Shown here piece by piece: positions 58,271 through 64,000 of a DNA stretch of 64,000 bases (its first letter is position 1; each line of letters begins with the position of its first letter). The notes beneath the pieces were generated by a model. It saw nothing but the letters and a program-made list of their open reading frames with translations. It searched no databases and had not been told where the DNA came from. Position numbers and translations under genes: made by a program. Origin of the DNA: Bacteroidales bacterium (GTDB lineage Bacteria; Bacteroidota; Bacteroidia; Bacteroidales; G963667975); NCBI GenBank assembly GCA_963667975.1, contig OY764079.1, positions 1,428,586 through 1,492,585 of the forward strand, given 5' to 3'.

Positions 58271-59245
58271 ATGAAAAAAAATAAAATATTTTTTCGCGCA
58301 GATGCAAGCAAGCAGATAGGTTATGGACACTTCGTTCGCAGCTTGGCTCTTGCGGATATGCTTAAAGATAATTTTGACTGTACATTTTTTACTCAATCGC
58401 CAACTGAGTATCAGAAAAATGAAGTAGAGAGAATCTGTAAATTAGTTGAATTACCTTCTGATGAAACAAAATTTGATGTTTTTCTGAGCTATTTAAGTGG
58501 TGATGAGATTGTTGTTTTGGATAATTCATTTTATTCTACTGATTATCAGGTGAGTATTAGGATTAGGGGTTGTAGGCTGGTTTGTTTGGGTGGAAATGAT
58601 AAACATTATGTTGCGGATTTAATAATCAGTCAGGGTACTTTGGATAGTAGTAGCTTTTCTGCTGAAATATATACGAAGTTTTGTTTAGGCCTTAATTGGG
58701 CGTTGCTTAGGAGGCCTTTTTTGGAAAATAAAAATAAAATAAAAACAGAATCTGCTATTCGTCGTGTTGTTGTTTGCTTTGGCGGGACTGATTTTCACAA
58801 TTTCACAGGTAAAGTGACAAAAATTCTTTGTAAATTACCGTCTATAGAAAAGATAGATATTATTATAGGTGATGTTTACGAAGGCTCCATTGAATCTGAT
58901 TGTATCCCAAAAGTTCAAATGCACAAGAATCTTAGTGCAGAGGAAATTGTTTTGTTGTTTGATCAAAATGATCTTGCTATTCTTTCGTCAAGTTCTATAT
59001 GTATTGAAGCAATGGCTTGCAATATTCCTGTTATCGCGGGCTATTATGTAGATAATCAAGATGCTTTTTATCACATTCTTGAAAAGTCAAATTATATTAT
59101 CGGCATAGGGAGTCTTCTTGATCCAAATATGACAGATAAGCTTCTTAATGCCTTGATTCACAAAAATGAATATTATCTGGTTTCTCCTTTTTCTGATTTA
59201 ACGACTATTTCTAAACGTTATTCCAAAGTATTTAATGAATTATGA
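58271..59245 (+). CDS. pseG: UDP-2,4-diacetamido-2,4,6-trideoxy-beta-L-altropyranose hydrolase
   Basis: The ORF starts MKKNKIFFRADASKQIGYGHFVRSLALADML, typical of PseG. The ORF track starts 6 nt upstream at a GTG. Confidence 0.85.
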   Translation: MKKNKIFFRADASKQIGYGHFVRSLALADMLKDNFDCTFFTQSPTEYQKNEVERICKLVELPSDETKFDVFLSYLSGDEIVVLDNSFYSTDYQVSIRIRGCRLVCLGGNDKHYVADLIISQGTLDSSSFSAEIYTKFCLGLNWALLRRPFLENKNKIKTESAIRRVVVCFGGTDFHNFTGKVTKILCKLPSIEKIDIIIGDVYEGSIESDCIPKVQMHKNLSAEEIVLLFDQNDLAILSSSSICIEAMACNIPVIAGYYVDNQDAFYHILEKSNYIIGIGSLLDPNMTDKLLNALIHKNEYYLVSPFSDLTTISKRYSKVFNEL

Positions 59246-59880
59246 TAATAGACAGAGAGAAAGTATATACTATTAATAATTATGTTTATAAAAATTTCAT
59301 TAGCCTGAGTGAACAGGAATTGATGATGATATTAGAGTGGCGAAATAATGAGGCAATCAGAAAATGGATGACAAATACTGAACCTATTTCACTCGAAAAT
59401 CATTTAAAATTTGTAGGATCTTTATCTTATCGGGATGATTTATTTTATTGGGTTGTATTTAAAGATAATTTACCAGTTGGAGTTGTCGATGTATTTTCGA
59501 TAAATCGGGATGAAGATAGTGCTGAAACCGGGTATTATTTAAATCCAGAGTATCTTGATTCAGGAGTAGGTTTTGAATTTTATTATTACTTTAAGCTATT
59601 TATTCATGATAGTTTAGATATAAAAATAACGAGAGGATTAATGCAGAAAGAAAACATAAAATCATTTATGTTAATTACTTATTTTGGGGGAGAAGCAATT
59701 AAAGTAAAGGATATAGATGGTGATGGCTATTTCTTGATGGAAACGAATAAGAAAGATTTTGAATTAATTAAGGAGAATGCAAATGATGTATTGAAATTTG
59801 CAAAATACATAAGAAGCCATAAAATAGATTTGAACAATCTTTATAAGGAAAAAATATTGAATAGTAGAAATGAAAGATAA
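59242..59880 (+). CDS. pseH: UDP-4-amino-4,6-dideoxy-N-acetyl-beta-L-altrosamine N-acetyltransferase (GNAT)
   Basis: 212-aa ORF with LSEQELMMILEWRNNEAIRKWM, typical of PseH. It overlaps pseG by 4 nt and pseI by 11 nt. Confidence 0.8.
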   Translation: MIIDREKVYTINNYVYKNFISLSEQELMMILEWRNNEAIRKWMTNTEPISLENHLKFVGSLSYRDDLFYWVVFKDNLPVGVVDVFSINRDEDSAETGYYLNPEYLDSGVGFEFYYYFKLFIHDSLDIKITRGLMQKENIKSFMLITYFGGEAIKVKDIDGDGYFLMETNKKDFELIKENANDVLKFAKYIRSHKIDLNNLYKEKILNSRNER

Positions 59881-60877
59881 GGTATTTATTATAGCTGAGA
59901 TGTCGGCAAATCATAATCACAATTTTGATTTGGCGGTGAAAACCATCGAAGCAATGGCAGAGGCAGGAGCTGATGCCGTGAAATTTCAGACTTATAAACC
60001 CGATTCATTAACTCTAAATGTTGATAATGAGTATTTTGGTCCGAGGGAAAGCGGTTTATGGAAGGGGATGACATTATATGATATATATACAGAAGGATCT
60101 ATGCCTTATGAATGGCAACCCAGATTGAAAAAAATTGCAAATGATTTAGGTCTGATATGTTTTTCAACACCTTTTGATATGGAAGGAGTCGATTTTATGG
60201 AAGAAATGCAAATGCCAATTTATAAAATAGCTTCTTTAGAAATTACAGATATTAATCTGATAGGATATGCTGCCTCAAAGAATAAGCCCATGATTATTTC
60301 TACCGGAGTTGCAACGATTGAGGATATAGAGTTGGCAATTAGTACGTGCAAAAAAGCTGGCAATAATGATATTACCTTGTTAAAATGTACAACAGAATAT
60401 CCAGCTCCGATTGAGAAGGCGAATCTTTTGACTATCTCCGATATGAAAGATAGATTTAATGTAAATGTTGGTGTTTCTGATCATTCCATGACGAATACAA
60501 TTCCTATTACCTCTGTGGCTTTAGGAGCTACAGTGGTTGAAAAGCATTTTATTATTGATCGTGCTTTAGGAGGACTGGATTCTGCATTTTCATTAAATAA
60601 AGACGAATTTAAAGCAATGGTAATAGCAATCAGGGACACAGAAAAGGCTCTTGGCAAAATTTCGTATGATTTAGAAGGCAGAGGTGTTACAGGGCGTCGA
60701 TCTCTTTTTGCAAGTGAAGATATTAAAGCAGGGGAGTTATTTACTCAATATAATGTTAAATCAGTTAGACCTGCTGCAGGGTTGCATCCAATGTATTACA
60801 ATGAAATACTAGGGAAACATGCAGTCTCTGACATACGGAAGGGAGATCCATTAAAACTGAATGATATCAGAGCGTAA
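59870..60877 (+). CDS. pseI: pseudaminic acid synthase
   Basis: 335-aa ORF with canonical NeuB/PseI motifs (IIAEMSANHNHNFDLA, GADAVKFQTY, LLKCTTEYPAP, GVSDHS, VEKHFIID) and a SAF tail. Confidence 0.9.
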   Translation: MKDKVFIIAEMSANHNHNFDLAVKTIEAMAEAGADAVKFQTYKPDSLTLNVDNEYFGPRESGLWKGMTLYDIYTEGSMPYEWQPRLKKIANDLGLICFSTPFDMEGVDFMEEMQMPIYKIASLEITDINLIGYAASKNKPMIISTGVATIEDIELAISTCKKAGNNDITLLKCTTEYPAPIEKANLLTISDMKDRFNVNVGVSDHSMTNTIPITSVALGATVVEKHFIIDRALGGLDSAFSLNKDEFKAMVIAIRDTEKALGKISYDLEGRGVTGRRSLFASEDIKAGELFTQYNVKSVRPAAGLHPMYYNEILGKHAVSDIRKGDPLKLNDIRA

Positions 60878-60899
60878 AAAAATAACTTAAATTATATTA

Positions 60900-62357
60900 A
60901 TGAGTTTGTTTAAGCGATTAAAAGTAGCATTACTAAATAAAATTACTTTATATATTATCTCAAGATATTTTGTTTTCTTTATTCAGTTTGTTGCTTCAAT
61001 GTTTCTGGCAGTTAAACTGGGGCCGTATTATTTTGGAATTTGGGGTTTTATCCTCTTATTAATTACATATTTTGATTTGTTTAATTTGGGAATCCCTAAT
61101 TCAACTACAGTTTTACTTGTTCAATACAAGAATGAGACTGTTAAAAACCGTAATATTGAAACAACTTCTGTTTTTCTGATTGCATTGCTCGGAATATTTG
61201 TAGTTGCCTTAGCTTTATATTACTACATTTGGGGCATAAGCTGGTTTAACAAATATCAAGTTGGAAGCTTTTTTTATGGTGTTTGTTTTATAGCAATTTT
61301 AGTATATTTCAATAATTTATTTTCAAAGATTTATCGTGTTAAAGGCAGAATATTTGAAATAGCATTATTCCAATCGATTGTACCTGTCTTGACATTTATT
61401 GTTTTATTCTTTGCTAAGGATCGGGTATTATTATATGTTTTGCTAGGCGCTTACATCTTAGGTCAACTATTTTCTCTTTTAATGTTTGTTAAAGGGAAAA
61501 GGATACAATTTGATGGAGATCCCAGTGTCGGTGATGCGAAGAAAATTTTAACAAAAGGATTTTTTCTCTTTATTTATAGTAGCTGTTTTTATCTGATTGT
61601 ACTTTCTACGCGAACAATAATTAGTGCATATTATAGCGTTGAGGAATTTGGATATTTCACCTTTGCATATACATTGGCGAATTCTGTACTATTGCTTCTT
61701 GAAGCATTTTCTTATCTGATTACACCTAAATTATTGGATAAGGTAAATTCACCCGATGTTAAACAGGTAGAAGCTACGATAAATAGTTTACGTGATAATT
61801 ACGTTTCGCTATCACATGGACTTATGTATCTGGCGATATGTCTTTTCCCGATATTATTGTATTTTATTCCAAAATACTCAAACACTCTGTCTATTATTAA
61901 CTTAATAGCATTAACATTATTATTGTACACTAATTCATTTGGATATATTTCATTGTTAATGGCAAGAAATCGCGAAAAAATAATTGCAATAAATTCTTTT
62001 TTAGTATTAATTTTAAATATATTAATTGCATTTGTATTGGTTAAAATGTTTCATGTGAAATTTAATTATGTTGTGATATCTACTATGTGTAGTTATTTGG
62101 TTTATTCTTATTTATTGGTATTTTTTGGTATGAGAGAGCTTAACCAGTCAAGACATTTTAGAGCAGTTATCAGAAACTGTTTTCCATTAAAATTGCTTAT
62201 CCCTTTTATTGTTGCGTTTGTAATCATCTTATTGGACTTACAAATATTTATTTTTATCCCAGGTACAATATTTGTAATTTTAAATATTAATTCACTTAAG
62301 AGTATATTTAAAATGTCAAAAAAAATAATTAATAATCCTAGTATTATTGATCTTTAG
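60900..62357 (+). CDS. wzx: Wzx-type oligosaccharide flippase (polysaccharide biosynthesis protein family)
   Basis: 485-aa ORF with about 12-14 predicted TM helices, positioned in the glycan operon. Confidence 0.8.
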   Translation: MSLFKRLKVALLNKITLYIISRYFVFFIQFVASMFLAVKLGPYYFGIWGFILLLITYFDLFNLGIPNSTTVLLVQYKNETVKNRNIETTSVFLIALLGIFVVALALYYYIWGISWFNKYQVGSFFYGVCFIAILVYFNNLFSKIYRVKGRIFEIALFQSIVPVLTFIVLFFAKDRVLLYVLLGAYILGQLFSLLMFVKGKRIQFDGDPSVGDAKKILTKGFFLFIYSSCFYLIVLSTRTIISAYYSVEEFGYFTFAYTLANSVLLLLEAFSYLITPKLLDKVNSPDVKQVEATINSLRDNYVSLSHGLMYLAICLFPILLYFIPKYSNTLSIINLIALTLLLYTNSFGYISLLMARNREKIIAINSFLVLILNILIAFVLVKMFHVKFNYVVISTMCSYLVYSYLLVFFGMRELNQSRHFRAVIRNCFPLKLLIPFIVAFVIILLDLQIFIFIPGTIFVILNINSLKSIFKMSKKIINNPSIIDL

Positions 62358-62387
62358 ACGAATAATATTTTATAAAACATAGTTTAT

Positions 62388-63677
62388 ATGGAGCTATTCA
62401 AGAATATAAAAACATTAGATTTTTTTCGCTTTGTGGTAATTGGATTATTATTGTTTTCTAATGCTGTATATCAAAATACAATTCACCAATTATTATATTA
62501 TGAAATTGTAAGTGCCATTTTTATTATAACAGTAGTTTATGTATTGATAAAAACATTAACACCTGGGAAATTTATGAGAGTCAGGTTTAGTCGTAAATTC
62601 TTGATTTGGATATTGCTTTTGTTTTCTTTTTATACACTTCACTATTTTTTAGCACCTCAAAATAAAGAGATTTCAGTTTATAGTATGCTTTCTCAATGTG
62701 TTATTGTGTTGTGTATTATATTGTGGTTGTGTGATTTAGAGTATAAGGGGGCCTTTGATATATTTGTATTTAGTGCGTCTATTGCATCTGTAATAGCTTC
62801 TCTTTATTATGTTTACTATAGTATTGGTGATGTTTTATTGCTTAATATGAGATTAGGAGGAATGACAGATAATGTACTTTCAAACATAAACTATACTTCA
62901 CAAATTGTGTTAATGATTTCATCATTGAGTTTGTATAAAATATTTTTTGAAAAAACACACAATAAATTGTATGTAATTATATTTATTATACAATTTTTAT
63001 TTATTATTTTATCAGGAACAAAGAGGGCAATTATTGGTCTCCCTATTTTTTATATTGTATTTATTTTAATTAAAAATCGCCGATCATTTTTCAGGTATAT
63101 ACTACCGTTAACGATAGGTTTAGGTTTATTTGTTTATATTTTGCTGAATAACGAATTATTATATAACATCGCAGGAGAACGATTGGAAGGAATGTTTTAT
63201 GCACTTGGAATTGTGCAGGATAATAAGTTTGATATTGGGGATAACTCTACGAATATTAGAAAGCAATTATTTAATACTGCCATTGAGATGGTCCCTGAAA
63301 CTCCAATATGGGGGCGGGGACTGGGCTATTTTGAAACTCATTCTGGACTGAATACTCATGTTCAAATTTTTCATTCTCATAATAATTACCTTGAGCTGTA
63401 TTTATGTTATGGATTAATAGGTTTTTTGATGTACTATAGCATCTTTTTCAGAACAACAATCAGGTTGTTTCGCAAGAAGAAAAAGTCAGCTATGGTATAT
63501 TTATTTCTTGCTTTTTTCTTGGTTTTATATGTGATTATTGAGCCCTCTTCAGTAACATTTTATACACTACCGATATATTATCTCTATCTGTATTTTGCAT
63601 ATTTATATTCATGGAAGAGAGATTCTAATATGCCCAATTCGGACATTTCTGTGCAAAATAAATATAGTCAAGTTTGA
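62388..63677 (+). CDS. wzy: O-antigen polymerase/ligase family membrane protein (Wzy-like)
   Basis: 429-aa polytopic ORF with a large loop containing GRGLGYFETH...HSHNNYLE, typical of the Wzy_C / O-antigen ligase family. Confidence 0.8.
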   Translation: MELFKNIKTLDFFRFVVIGLLLFSNAVYQNTIHQLLYYEIVSAIFIITVVYVLIKTLTPGKFMRVRFSRKFLIWILLLFSFYTLHYFLAPQNKEISVYSMLSQCVIVLCIILWLCDLEYKGAFDIFVFSASIASVIASLYYVYYSIGDVLLLNMRLGGMTDNVLSNINYTSQIVLMISSLSLYKIFFEKTHNKLYVIIFIIQFLFIILSGTKRAIIGLPIFYIVFILIKNRRSFFRYILPLTIGLGLFVYILLNNELLYNIAGERLEGMFYALGIVQDNKFDIGDNSTNIRKQLFNTAIEMVPETPIWGRGLGYFETHSGLNTHVQIFHSHNNYLELYLCYGLIGFLMYYSIFFRTTIRLFRKKKKSAMVYLFLAFFLVLYVIIEPSSVTFYTLPIYYLYLYFAYLYSWKRDSNMPNSDISVQNKYSQV

Positions 63678-64000
63678 TATGTGGGTTTGTTTCTGACAAT
63701 AATTATGAGAAAAGTATCTGTAGGAGGTTTAGCTGTCTTGACTGAGGTAATGTTTGTAAATATTTTTTGTTTCTTTTTACCATCAAGATTGCGATAATTG
63801 CTACTCTTTGGAGTAATGTAAATATGTGCTCCTGCTTTATTAATTCCATGTACTGAGAGGAAAATTTTGTTCACCGCTGACAAGTTTAAAAAGCCAGTCT
63901 GATTCCTGTCCTTTTGTTAAAAACTACTTGAATTACTAATACTTATTAATAGATGCTAAATGAATTTAGTTTTTTGAATTTATTATAAGGTTGATATAGT

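Noticed and set aside
63668-63883. 71-aa minus-strand ORF after wzy
   Set aside because: It starts at a TTG, is bounded upstream by an in-frame stop, overlaps the wzy stop and has no recognisable domain. It could be a gene remnant, but I cannot support a call.
1-64000. Scan for CRISPR arrays, tRNA or rRNA genes, and recognisable defence-system genes
   Set aside because: I saw no regularly spaced direct repeats and no tRNA-like T-arm or acceptor signatures in the intergenic regions. No restriction enzyme, Cas protein, toxin-antitoxin pair or defence-type nuclease/ATPase was recognised.

Overview
This is a chromosomal segment whose gene content points to Bacteroidota. Supporting signs are a dcw cluster without murF, a Bacteroidota-type FtsL, TAnnTTTG -7 promoter boxes, and IS1182 and IS110 elements. 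There are four blocks. (1) 1-12.2 kb, minus strand: a complete dcw cell-wall and division cluster, mraZ-rsmH-ftsL-ftsI-murE-mraY-murD-ftsW-murG-murC. rsmH is broken by a 1-nt frameshift, and FtsI carries a long lysine-rich tail. (2) 12.6-16.6 kb: a small lipoprotein-like gene is split by two abutting insertion sequences. The IS110-family element sits exactly against the terminal inverted repeat of the IS1182-family element and has a 260-nt upstream leader that looks like a bridge/seek RNA. (3) 16.7-40.4 kb: mostly housekeeping genes. These include an archaeal-type GatE homolog with no adjacent GatD, a GldE-like CNNM protein, PpiD, methylmalonyl-CoA mutase, sufBCD, RNase P RNA, an Smr protein, wecB, a RecD-like helicase, galE, a family of small outer-membrane barrel proteins and thiL. 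(4) 40.9-63.7 kb: a co-directional, visibly more AT-rich surface-glycan operon. It encodes a wHTH regulator, two UDP-sugar 6-dehydrogenases, an ACP-dependent acyl-chain cassette, a full pseudaminic acid pathway (pseB, C, F-like, G, H, I) interrupted by a four-gene insert with a divergent second NeuB paralog, and then Wzx and Wzy. The acyl-chain cassette contains FabD, ACP, two KASIII, two SDR, MaoC, an LbH acyltransferase, an MBL hydrolase and methylmalonyl-CoA epimerase. The most novel-looking content is this acyl-chain cassette plus the extra NeuB block inside the pse locus, followed by the orphan GatE homolog and the IS110 leader RNA. No CRISPR array, tRNA or rRNA was seen. All calls come from reading the sequence and ORF translations; no database search was run.
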